DNA of 26,644 bases from a virus (IMGVR_UViG_3300006193_000043:1-26644), one strand, 5' to 3'. Positions 15,359-23,190 are shown, counted from the first letter of the stretch. Notes: a model not told the origin generated them from the letters alone. A program made the numbers and translations.

Positions 15359-16290
15359 CTCCTGTAGTATTTAGGTGAAATGTGTACAGACTGAGGCTTT
15401 TCCATAAAATCTTCAGATAGCTCCCCAAGGGAATTTTTTATAAAATCAGGGTGCTTAATAAAGTCCCACTTATTTCTTATGCACATATCAGATAAATGGC
15501 CTGTCATTGCTGCTCTCATAATATCCCTACTATCCCAATCACCAGTAAATGGCTTTTTGTTATGCCAACCAGTTTTAGGTACTTTACGAGATTCATTTTC
15601 TATATACATAGGAGCTACTATGCTTATACTATAATTAGCAGATATATCCAGCAGCTGTCTTTCATATTCCAGCAGCAAAGTACTTAAATTATCTGATTCA
15701 TAGTTGCACAAATGATGCCTTATGTCTATATTTCCAAAGTAAAAAGTTAAATCTTTAACACCGTGGCCTATGATAAAACTTTTTAATCCCTTTTTTAATG
15801 CACCATATAGTGTTTGACCATCGTTTCTATTTACTATAGAATCTTTAACATACATTGCATTTGCATGACTGTCTCCTATTATTAACTTTTCACTTGTTAA
15901 CATACTCATTTTCATAGGTGTTATTTTATTACATTTATCAGACAACTCATCCCAAGGGAATTTTTTCCAATCTTCAGAACAGCTAGTCAACCTTTGTTTA
16001 CCTATACTACCAAAATCAGGCATGTCTACATCTAATGAAATAAACTGAGTATCAGCGTTTAAAAAGTTTTTAAAATGTGTAACATCCTTTGCTCCACCGA
16101 ACAAGTTTAATGATCCATTAAATTCCATGCCATGATATAAAAATACAGTATCATAATTTTCGTAAGACTCGCTGCAATGTAATATATCAGCATCTAGTAT
16201 ATCAGCCCATATCCTTGCCCAACCAGCCCTATGAGAAGAATCTCTTTTACTAATTGGATAGTGTACGCTTGCTATTGCTTTCTTTGGCAT
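15349..16290 (-). CDS. Uncharacterised modification-cluster protein with SGNH-like C-terminal domain
   Basis: IIGDSH, GQTLYG, FGNIDIRHH and SVH motifs in SGNH block order; N-terminal part faintly resembles T4 beta-glucosyltransferase (YDTVFL...SLNLFGG). Confidence 0.55.
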   Translation of the reverse strand: MPKKAIASVHYPISKRDSSHRAGWARIWADILDADILHCSESYENYDTVFLYHGMEFNGSLNLFGGAKDVTHFKNFLNADTQFISLDVDMPDFGSIGKQRLTSCSEDWKKFPWDELSDKCNKITPMKMSMLTSEKLIIGDSHANAMYVKDSIVNRNDGQTLYGALKKGLKSFIIGHGVKDLTFYFGNIDIRHHLCNYESDNLSTLLLEYERQLLDISANYSISIVAPMYIENESRKVPKTGWHNKKPFTGDWDSRDIMRAAMTGHLSDMCIRNKWDFIKHPDFIKNSLGELSEDFMEKPQSVHISPKYYRRWL

Positions 16291-16292
16291 AA

Positions 16293-16970
16293 TTATTTCT
16301 CCAGTAAGTCAAAGTGATGCTCATAAACATGCATGCTTGCTGAATTCCAAAGTATACTACCTTTTTCTATTTTAGCTGGTGAGTATCTATCTTGAACATC
16401 TTTAACAAACTTATCTAAAACATACTCTTGCCAAGCTCTATCGTTAGGGTAGCCAAACACAGCATCATTAGATCTCATGTTAACTAATGCGTGTATTAAT
16501 CCATCCCTATATAAATATTGCACAGTATTTGTGCATGTAAAATCATTCATACCAGAATAATTGTAATCGTAATGCATAGAAGGCCTTGTATAGATCATAA
16601 TAGATCTTCTTGTATGTATATCTGAACACATAGCATTTAAAGCCATTTCGTATTGATCATAATTATTTTCAGAAAAAACTATATTTCCATAATTGCTATT
16701 AACAAAACCTAGTGGTGTAGCAATAGATTTCCAAACCTTAGGTACAGGTTTTTCCATATCGTTAACATTTAATGATTGAGACATGTACCAATCAATTTCT
16801 CTGCGTATATAATCTTCATTTTTAGGCCTTAATAAAAAAGGCTTATCTGCTTCAAAGTTACAATTCATAATCTCAACTAATTTGCAACCCGTTTTGTCTA
16901 GCTGAAAATCTTTATTTTGATACTTTAGTTTAAGCATCTCAATTACACTATTTGCTCCTGTCTTGACCAT
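16293..16970 (-). CDS. dCMP hydroxymethylase (T4 gp42-like, thymidylate synthase superfamily)
   Basis: Collinear with T4 gp42 as recalled: KDF..DKTG.K..EI, YI.RE..WY.S.SL.V.D, NSNYG, IMIYTRPSM, DFTCTNTVQY (catalytic Cys), VNMRSNDAVFGYPND (Asp at the position that is Asn in dUMP enzymes), SMHVY. Confidence 0.92.
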   Translation of the reverse strand: MVKTGANSVIEMLKLKYQNKDFQLDKTGCKLVEIMNCNFEADKPFLLRPKNEDYIRREIDWYMSQSLNVNDMEKPVPKVWKSIATPLGFVNSNYGNIVFSENNYDQYEMALNAMCSDIHTRRSIMIYTRPSMHYDYNYSGMNDFTCTNTVQYLYRDGLIHALVNMRSNDAVFGYPNDRAWQEYVLDKFVKDVQDRYSPAKIEKGSILWNSASMHVYEHHFDLLEK

Positions 16971-17244
16971 CCATTTTTCCCCTTAAAAAAGAAACTGCAA
17001 AACTACAGTAGTTAATCATGTCCATATAAGTATCTTCTAATGATTCATGGTTAGGATCATCACCGCTTTCTAAAAGCGATTGAGCTCTTATAAGTTTTTG
17101 ATGTATCATATCATGAATGGTATCAACACCCCGTCTATAGTGCATAGCTTGCTTTATATTAGACATAGGTGACTGATAATCTTTAGACTTCTTTTCTTGT
17201 ATTTTTTGGCATTCTACAAGAATTTTAATAGATTCTTTTTCCAT
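16948..17244 (-). CDS. Nucleotide modification associated domain 1 (Nmad1/DUF1599) protein
   Basis: KKSKDY, K..RA, and ESLEDTYMDMINY motifs; adjacent to the hydroxymethylase. Confidence 0.75.
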   Translation of the reverse strand: MEKESIKILVECQKIQEKKSKDYQSPMSNIKQAMHYRRGVDTIHDMIHQKLIRAQSLLESGDDPNHESLEDTYMDMINYCSFAVSFLRGKMDGQDRSK

Positions 17245-17624
17245 TATTTGTCCTTTAGTATGTCAGTAAAATCTGGAGCTTTCCAACCATCTGGTTTTTT
17301 AACTCCAACCTTGTGCGATTTGTCGCTTTTATCTTTAACTTTTGACATATTAGCCCTATGAACTTCTTCGAAACACTCTTGCCATTGTTCTGAATTTAAA
17401 CCTAATATAGCAGCTGTACCATATGCAACATAAACCAAATCTATTAAAGCATCCACCATGCCAGGTAAATCATCACAATTTTTAGAGTACATAAATTCCA
17501 TTAACTCTTCTTGCATATGACTAAACCTCTTATCTAGCATAGATGGATCAGCTAATGATGGCACTTGATTTTGCGTTATTCGGAACTTCATTAAAAAATC
17601 TTGTACGTCTTCGTATCTAGGCAT
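17244..17624 (-). CDS. MazG-like / PRA-PH family NTP pyrophosphohydrolase (putative dCTPase/dUTPase)
   Basis: EELME, DALIDLVYV, EVHRANMSK and KPDGWKAPD motifs. Confidence 0.85.
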   Translation of the reverse strand: MPRYEDVQDFLMKFRITQNQVPSLADPSMLDKRFSHMQEELMEFMYSKNCDDLPGMVDALIDLVYVAYGTAAILGLNSEQWQECFEEVHRANMSKVKDKSDKSHKVGVKKPDGWKAPDFTDILKDK

Positions 17625-17625
17625 A

Positions 17626-17922
17626 TTACTTTACTCCCTTAGTATATATTGCTTTAAATTTATCTGCATGACTTATAACCTGAAACTCCTTAGATATTCC
17701 TAATTCAAATAACTTACCAGGTGAGTAAGCATACTGATGGTTGTCTAATTCTTTAAAGTACTGCTTTATCCAATCTATCACTTTTGATTCGTTATAATGA
17801 TCTTCGTTAAGTTTCAAATTCTTCCAAGTTCTATAAGCCCAAATAGAAGATCCTTTATTCTTATAGTCTGGCAAACTATCCCAAGCTGCTTGAAACTTTT
17901 TACTCATTCTGTATGGTTTCAT
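17626..17922 (-). CDS. Hypothetical protein
   Basis: 98 aa ORF with GGGAG RBS; ends 1 nt before the MazG-like gene. Confidence 0.7.
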   Translation of the reverse strand: MKPYRMSKKFQAAWDSLPDYKNKGSSIWAYRTWKNLKLNEDHYNESKVIDWIKQYFKELDNHQYAYSPGKLFELGISKEFQVISHADKFKAIYTKGVK

Positions 17923-17940
17923 ATTCTTCTCCCTAGATCT

Positions 17941-17967
17941 GGATATATCGAGTATACGATATATTCC
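17941..17967. promoter_or_regulatory. Inverted repeat (operator or leader hairpin) upstream of the modification operon
   Basis: GG-ATATATCG-AGTATA-CGATATAT-TCC. Confidence 0.4.
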
Positions 17968-17992
17968 TTTTCTAACCTTGTATAATACATAT

Positions 17993-18018
17993 TAAAAATA
18001 CCTCGTAAGCTATTGATT
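17993..18018 (-). promoter_or_regulatory. 26-bp repeated intergenic element containing IHF consensus (copy 3)
   Basis: Minus strand AATCAATAGCTTA-CGA-GGTATTTTTA. Confidence 0.6.
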
Positions 18019-18366
18019 AGCATCGGGCTTTGATAGGTAATTCATTGCTTCATCGAATTTCTCACCATAATAATTTATTTGTACTTTAGGTTTCCAATGT
18101 CCTACACCATCTGACACTGCATTATTCCATGATTCATCTTCATTTCCATTGATCCTAGAAAGTACAGAACTATAGCATTCCCAACACTTATCTTTGCATT
18201 CTTGTTTATAACCAGCTGGATAAGACGCATCGTCTATATTATCTATCCTCTCAATAAGCACCATAATATAATTTAGCAATACATTCGGAGGTGTTTTGTT
18301 AATGTGTATTGTATTGGCGTATCTGATGCATGTATCAACTAGCCTTGTTATTGGTCTTTTTTTCAT
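18010..18366 (-). CDS. Hypothetical early protein
   Basis: 118 aa ORF with AAGGAG RBS. Confidence 0.75.
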   Translation of the reverse strand: MKKRPITRLVDTCIRYANTIHINKTPPNVLLNYIMVLIERIDNIDDASYPAGYKQECKDKCWECYSSVLSRINGNEDESWNNAVSDGVGHWKPKVQINYYGEKFDEAMNYLSKPDANQ

Positions 18367-18391
18367 TTTATTTCTCCTTTAATTTTAATGA

Positions 18392-18613
18392 CTAAGCCAC
18401 ATTATTAATGACAAGATTGGTAAGTGTTTGGTCGTACTGACAAATATCTTCCCATGTAAAATATTCTTCAACTCCATCAGTCAACACGGTTTCGTGTACC
18501 TTCTGATATTCTTTGTTGTATTCAACATTAAATTGAGACTCTTTTAATGATATAAAGCCATGTATTTTTAATTCTTTAATTGCATAATCTACCATGTGTA
18601 TTGATTCATTCAT
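18392..18613 (-). CDS. Hypothetical early protein
   Basis: 73 aa ORF with TAAGGAG RBS. Confidence 0.75.
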   Translation of the reverse strand: MNESIHMVDYAIKELKIHGFISLKESQFNVEYNKEYQKVHETVLTDGVEEYFTWEDICQYDQTLTNLVINNVA

Positions 18614-18625
18614 TTTTATTTCTCC

Positions 18626-18802
18626 TTAGTTTTCTTGTGTTACTTCTATTATATCAAACAACGTGTCTTCTGCTATTGTGGTCATTGGTCCTTCTAATCC
18701 CACAGCATGCACGATTTCTCGTGCGTGCGTTTTAGATACTGCGTCAACTTCTATCTCATAATAGCTTGTCTCTTTGCACCTTACCATATACTTACTAAAC
18801 AT
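18626..18802 (-). CDS. Hypothetical early protein (58 aa)
   Basis: Not in ORF track. MFSKYMVRCKETSYYEIEVDAVSKTHAREIVHAVGLEG...; AAGGAG RBS; its stop forms part of the next RBS. Confidence 0.7.
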   Translation of the reverse strand: MFSKYMVRCKETSYYEIEVDAVSKTHAREIVHAVGLEGPMTTIAEDTLFDIIEVTQEN

Positions 18803-19019
18803 TATTTATCTCCTTTGACAATCTTAACAACTCACTTGATCCTCTTTCTAGCATCACAGAATCAATTGCCATAGAAATTTCATCTTGAGCATCAAAGGGT
18901 AATTGTCTAAGAACTACATTTGGCCCCAATGCTAATACTAATTCACCAAAATCTCTAATAATCATTAACTGATGTCTTTCTTCTTGTGCTTGATTCATTT
19001 CTTGTTGTGTCATTACCAT
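18795..19019 (-). CDS. Hypothetical early protein
   Basis: 74 aa ORF; AAGGAG RBS; probable start at 19013. Confidence 0.7.
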   Translation of the reverse strand: MVMTQQEMNQAQEERHQLMIIRDFGELVLALGPNVVLRQLPFDAQDEISMAIDSVMLERGSSELLRLSKEINNV

Positions 19020-19204
19020 TCTCCTTTGTGTTGATCATCTTTCTCGATACATTCTACCACATCTTTTTTACTAAGTACATTAAATCTTTCTAATGTAGGC
19101 ATATTCTTTTCTTCCATAAAATCCTCTACAGCATACAAACCTTTTCCTATATCTGAAGCCCAAACATATTTCTTAATTCTAAAATTCCAAAGTTGGTTAT
19201 CCAT
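19013..19204 (-). CDS. Hypothetical early protein
   Basis: 63 aa ORF; GGAG RBS; TAATG coupling. Confidence 0.7.
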   Translation of the reverse strand: MDNQLWNFRIKKYVWASDIGKGLYAVEDFMEEKNMPTLERFNVLSKKDVVECIEKDDQHKGEW

Positions 19205-19377
19205 TATATTTCTCCATTTTTACGTGCTGTAGTAGCAAGTAGTTTTATTGTATTTTGCATTTTTACATACTCAGGTGCAAACATATAAGGCTGTCCGTGT
19301 ACGTATGATTCTCTTACAACTTTGTTACACGCTATTAATAATGCACCAATTTCTTGTTTTCTTTGTTGAGCATTCAT
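19204..19377 (-). CDS. Hypothetical early protein (57 aa)
   Basis: Not in ORF track. MNAQQRKQEIGALLIACNKVVRESYVHGQPYMFAPEY...; TAATG coupling at both ends; GGGAG RBS. Confidence 0.7.
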   Translation of the reverse strand: MNAQQRKQEIGALLIACNKVVRESYVHGQPYMFAPEYVKMQNTIKLLATTARKNGEI

Positions 19378-19565
19378 TATTTACTCTCCCTGTTATTCCA
19401 TGACATTAGTGAATGGTTGCTAATAATTTTTCTTGCTTTAATTTTATCATCATCACTTAGCATATCCATAAGGATTGCAATAGCATACTGCTTGTTAGAT
19501 GATCGTTCTTGTTCAGTTCTAAAATGTAGCAGTAATTCTTTTTTAGTTATGTCTGTCATGTTCAT
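19377..19565 (-). CDS. Hypothetical first early protein
   Basis: 62 aa ORF with TAGGAG RBS directly downstream of the predicted promoter. Confidence 0.75.
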   Translation of the reverse strand: MNMTDITKKELLLHFRTEQERSSNKQYAIAILMDMLSDDDKIKARKIISNHSLMSWNNRESK

Positions 19566-19598
19566 TTCGTTCTCCTAATTAATTTAACTTACAGGTAC

Positions 19599-19628
19599 AT
19601 TGTACCATGAATACACAAAATATACCAA
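19599..19628 (-). promoter_or_regulatory. Sigma70-type early promoter
   Basis: TTGGTA-18 nt-TACAAT with extended -10 (TGG), an AT-rich UP-like tract upstream and an IHF consensus at 19656-19668. Confidence 0.65.
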
Positions 19629-19655
19629 CTATTTTCATTTATTTTAATTTATTTT

Positions 19656-19668
19656 TAAGTTGTTGATT
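19656..19668 (-). promoter_or_regulatory. IHF consensus site
   Basis: AATCAACAACTTA, identical to 20636-20648. Confidence 0.5.
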
Positions 19669-19788
19669 ATAAACAATTTATTATATTGATATATAGCCTA
19701 AAAGCCATACAGAGCTCACCACGAAGCTTTAAATCACTCTGAGTATGTTTATATGCTGCGAATCATCCTGGCGCTACAAAAATAGGTT

Positions 19789-19818
19789 AAAAAAAAGGCC
19801 AGCACGAATGCTAGCCTT
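19789..19818 (-). terminator. Rho-independent terminator
   Basis: AAGGCUAGCA-UUCG-UGCUGGCCUU stem-loop running into U8, downstream of the exonuclease gene. Confidence 0.9.
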
Positions 19819-19836
19819 ATAATTACAACTTATTAC

Positions 19837-20589
19837 TTACAATCTTACAACAGATGAATCCTTCCTCTTATCTTTTGACATACTAGCAGACCTAGAATGA
19901 GAAAAACACTTATTACACTTATACTTTTGATAAGATGCTTTTCTTGATCTGTATATTCCGTTCTTAATAATATGTATGCTACCACAATTTGGACAAACAT
20001 CATTACTACTATGATCATTAAAATTAAACGGAGTAACTATCCAACCTTGAAGTTTTCTATAAAGTTCTTCAGTTAATTTGACGTCGTTCTTATTATATTT
20101 CTCCATTAACTTCCAAGCTTTACTATCACCATTCATACATGATTGCCATAAATCAAAACCTTGGTGACTTGTTTTTTTACCTATTCCTAACTCTTGAGAT
20201 ACATGATCAAGTTTATTAGATACAAATCTAAAATTACTTTTTACTGTTTTTAATAGATCTATATTTTTATAAATATCTGGCTTAGGCATACCCTCTAATA
20301 GAAACTCTCTATTCAAAACCTTCATATCGAATGGTTGAGAATTATATCCTATTATTGCATCTGCTTCATTAACTAAATCCCACGCTTCTTTTACTACCTT
20401 TTTATGCGTTGAATTATGATCAGAATAAAAGTGTACTTTCTTATCGCCTAACCATTTAGCTGCGAAACATATAACTTTACTAGTGTTTACTAATTGTGAA
20501 ATACCAATATTAGTATTCCAAATACTCCAAAAATATCCGAGCGATGGTGCAGTTTCTATATCCAAGACAAGTATCTTAGGTTTATGCAT
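19837..20589 (-). CDS. Stand-alone DEDDy 3'-5' exonuclease (RNase_H_2/PolB-exo-like) with C-terminal Zn ribbon
   Basis: LDIET, GYNSQPFD and KYNKNDV motifs; CPNC...CNKC; likely start MHKPK at 20589 with AAGGAG RBS. Confidence 0.85.
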   Translation of the reverse strand: MHKPKILVLDIETAPSLGYFWSIWNTNIGISQLVNTSKVICFAAKWLGDKKVHFYSDHNSTHKKVVKEAWDLVNEADAIIGYNSQPFDMKVLNREFLLEGMPKPDIYKNIDLLKTVKSNFRFVSNKLDHVSQELGIGKKTSHQGFDLWQSCMNGDSKAWKLMEKYNKNDVKLTEELYRKLQGWIVTPFNFNDHSSNDVCPNCGSIHIIKNGIYRSRKASYQKYKCNKCFSHSRSASMSKDKRKDSSVVRL

Positions 20590-20622
20590 GATATCTCCTT
20601 TTTTATTCAGCATAACAATATA

Positions 20623-20648
20623 TAAAAATACTACCTAAGTTGTTGATT
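20623..20648 (-). promoter_or_regulatory. 26-bp repeated intergenic element containing IHF consensus (copy 4), overlapping a possible promoter
   Basis: Minus strand AATCAACAACTTA-GGT-AGTATTTTTA; TAGGTA-17 nt-TATGCT with TG extension follows. Confidence 0.55.
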
Positions 20649-21089
20649 CTACTGGAAAGGAACTGTGCCGCTTTTAGTTATTATTAATGATTCTTTTTTA
20701 GGATCCTCTTTATACTTACTAAAAGATATGTGTACCCATCTTTCATACTCAAGGATAATTTGATTGTAGCTGATTTCAGATTCAATAATGGCGAGTACAA
20801 TCTCTCTAGGGGTACCGAACCCCTGGCAAGTAAAGTCGCAAGCCAATCCTGTAATGTGAGAAGAAGTTGGTTTACTACCAAGTAGTGTATTAAGATCCAA
20901 GCACCTATAACCACTACTAATGTAAATAGGACTATTATTAAGAACTGTTCTAACATTTTCCATCTCCTTTGCTGTTTTATAAATATTATCTAAAGCGTTT
21001 CCTGTTGCTGTATTGTCTATCCCATGTCTCGTTGCTGTTTCACTAAAGGTGAGTTCATCTATACTAAAATGTGGGCTTGCCATTATCAT
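20649..21089 (-). CDS. Endolysin, peptidase M15 family
   Basis: HFSIDEL..S.TA.R.GIDN, SSGYRC..LN, SSHITGLACD and EYERWVHIS zinc-peptidase motifs. Confidence 0.9.
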   Translation of the reverse strand: MIMASPHFSIDELTFSETATRHGIDNTATGNALDNIYKTAKEMENVRTVLNNSPIYISSGYRCLDLNTLLGSKPTSSHITGLACDFTCQGFGTPREIVLAIIESEISYNQIILEYERWVHISFSKYKEDPKKESLIITKSGTVPFQ

Positions 21090-21457
21090 TTATTTAAACC
21101 ATTTTTCTTTTCGTAGCTTCTTAAACCTCCTAATCCAAGCATACCCATTAACACAGGTAACATAGTTGCTGTATCAGCTTGTGGAATTATTACACCAAAA
21201 GGTGCAGCTAATGGTGATATAAGAAAGTTTATAGCAAACCCTGCAACACAAACCCAACCTACTGCTGGTCGCCATCCTGCTTGAAACCATGCACCTTTAG
21301 CATCTTCTTTGTTTACTGCTATTTGTGCTAAAGCAATTTCATGCGCTTGTCTTTCTGATAGTGTTGCTATCTCATGTGCTAGTTTGTTTTTAGTGTCGGC
21401 ATCAGGTATAAATTTATCTAGCAGTGCTGCGACTGGTCCTATAAGTGTTTGTATCAT
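21086..21457 (-). CDS. Holin (3TM, GTA-holin-like)
   Basis: LLDKFIPD, QIAVNK.DA, GWRPAVGWVC and LMGMLGLGGLRSYEK motifs; adjacent to the endolysin. Confidence 0.88.
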   Translation of the reverse strand: MIQTLIGPVAALLDKFIPDADTKNKLAHEIATLSERQAHEIALAQIAVNKEDAKGAWFQAGWRPAVGWVCVAGFAINFLISPLAAPFGVIIPQADTATMLPVLMGMLGLGGLRSYEKKNGLNK

Positions 21458-21458
21458 A

Positions 21459-21662
21459 TTATTGCATCCAATTCCTAATAGCTATAGATATTAAGCCACC
21501 AATAAAGGAAGCTATCCCCATGCCCATCCAAAAACCACCTTTAGATTTATTAGCTAAAGCCAACATTTCTTTCATGTCTTTTCGTAGTTCGTCCTGACCT
21601 TTTTGTAATTGTTCTATTTGTTCTTTCATTTTGCCAAACTCTATAGGGTTTATATCACTCAA
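21459..21662 (-). CDS. Small coiled-coil plus C-terminal TM protein (lysis-associated)
   Basis: N-terminal coiled coil followed by a hydrophobic helix after KGGFW; first gene of the lysis cassette. Confidence 0.65.
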   Translation of the reverse strand: MSDINPIEFGKMKEQIEQLQKGQDELRKDMKEMLALANKSKGGFWMGMGIASFIGGLISIAIRNWMQ

Positions 21663-23190
21663 AGTAATCCTCCAAATTTGTTATTCCAGGGTTTTGACGT
21701 TTTAGTTCAGCTGCCTCACCTGGTACATTCCTTAACAACGACCAATAAGGATTATTGTCACCGTATTGTAATAAACCTTGTCTAGATTTTCTAGCTATCA
21801 TTCTAGCTGCTTTACTTTTTGGACCTGGTAGATCAAAAATACTTTGAGCAACTGCAACCTTAGCACCAAACGGACCAGCAACAGCAGCACCGCCACTGGC
21901 TTTTATTCCACCGCCTATACTTATACTATCTCTGCCACCAATTCTTCCTACTGCTCTTTCTAGTACTGGTTTTAATTCTAGCAAATCACCAAATGTTTTA
22001 TTTGTAGCCTTTGCTTCTGGTATTATTTCCTCTATCAGTTCTTTTGTTATCCTTCCAGTATCACTTATAGCCTGCTCTCCGCCACTAGTACCTTTCTGTT
22101 TTTTTGTATTCCAATTGTTTTCTTCATACAAACTTCGTTTTAATGTTTGTAATTCATCAGCGCTTAGAGACTTAAATTTACCAAGATTTAAATCAGCCTT
22201 TAATTTATCTTCAAATGCTTTTAACTCAGCTAATTTATTTTTTACGCCAAATTTAGCACCTTTCATTTGCTCTCTAGTTTTTTGTAACATTTCAAATATT
22301 TTTGAGACAGGTATTTTTTTACCAGTATTAGTAGATTCTAATATTAAGTTATCAAGCCTAGATCCTACATCATTAATAAGTAATTCTAGTTTACCTACAC
22401 CTTCAATATTTAAAGGAATATCATTATCTAATGCTGTTTTTACAACTCTTTTTCTTTCTGCTAGTGTACCTGTAGGTTTCATTGCACTTTGATATAAGTC
22501 GCTAGCAAGATCAGGAGCAAATTTATCTATAGCTTTGGTAGCTGCCACACCACCAGTATTTAACGTAAGATTAAGTGGATCAATTGCGGCACCTGTTTTT
22601 TGTATACCAGTTCCTAATTTACTAACTATATTGTTTGTTTTTCCAAGTACACCAGCTAATCTTACAGTTGATCCACCGCCAGTTAATATCATAGCTGCAT
22701 CACCAAGTACTGCTGCTGGTTGCTCTTGTAAGTATCGTAAAAACTGCTCTTTACTACCGTACTTATTAGAATAGTATTTTATAAGTGCATCTGCATGTTT
22801 TTCACTATTTTGTACTCCTGGTATTGCTTTTTGAACAACACCAGTAAATAGATTTATTAGGGCTTTACCAGTTTGTACAGGAGACGTAACGGCATCAGCT
22901 AAATATCCTAATTCAGTTCCCAAACTAGGCAAGAAGTTTTTGGCTGTCTCTGCAGCAGAAAATTCAAACTTATTAACAGGAGAATCAAGATCACCTTCTT
23001 CTTTACTAGCTTCTATATAAGCTTCTTTTAATATTTTATAGTTTTCTGTCTTTTTAAATTCAGCTTCTGTACCACCGCCTTTTTTAAAACTTTCTAAAAG
23101 TTCTCTAGTTTTTGTTGCGTATTCCTCTGCACTGTGCTTCGTTGGCGTAACTATAATTGGATCTGTTGTTACTTCTATATCATCTGCCAT
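21655..23190 (-). CDS. Putative DNA ejection / internal virion protein
   Basis: 511 aa, Ala/Gly/Lys-rich and helical; last of four coupled genes following the tail genes. Confidence 0.6.
   Translation of the reverse strand: MADDIEVTTDPIIVTPTKHSAEEYATKTRELLESFKKGGGTEAEFKKTENYKILKEAYIEASKEEGDLDSPVNKFEFSAAETAKNFLPSLGTELGYLADAVTSPVQTGKALINLFTGVVQKAIPGVQNSEKHADALIKYYSNKYGSKEQFLRYLQEQPAAVLGDAAMILTGGGSTVRLAGVLGKTNNIVSKLGTGIQKTGAAIDPLNLTLNTGGVAATKAIDKFAPDLASDLYQSAMKPTGTLAERKRVVKTALDNDIPLNIEGVGKLELLINDVGSRLDNLILESTNTGKKIPVSKIFEMLQKTREQMKGAKFGVKNKLAELKAFEDKLKADLNLGKFKSLSADELQTLKRSLYEENNWNTKKQKGTSGGEQAISDTGRITKELIEEIIPEAKATNKTFGDLLELKPVLERAVGRIGGRDSISIGGGIKASGGAAVAGPFGAKVAVAQSIFDLPGPKSKAARMIARKSRQGLLQYGDNNPYWSLLRNVPGEAAELKRQNPGITNLEDYFE

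Noticed and set aside
16293-16970. Calling this gene thymidylate synthase or dUMP hydroxymethylase (ordinary thymidine hypermodification)
   Set aside because: It follows T4 gp42 closely and has Asp rather than Asn at the specificity position. A related dCMP-modifying activity such as hydroxylation cannot be fully excluded without assay.
18626-18802. Possible frameshifted pseudogene at the ACGCACGCAC repeat
   Set aside because: Recounting shows an intact 58-codon frame (TCT AAA ACG CAC GCA CGA).
19837-20589. DNA polymerase
   Set aside because: Only exonuclease motifs and a Zn ribbon are present; there is no polymerase domain.
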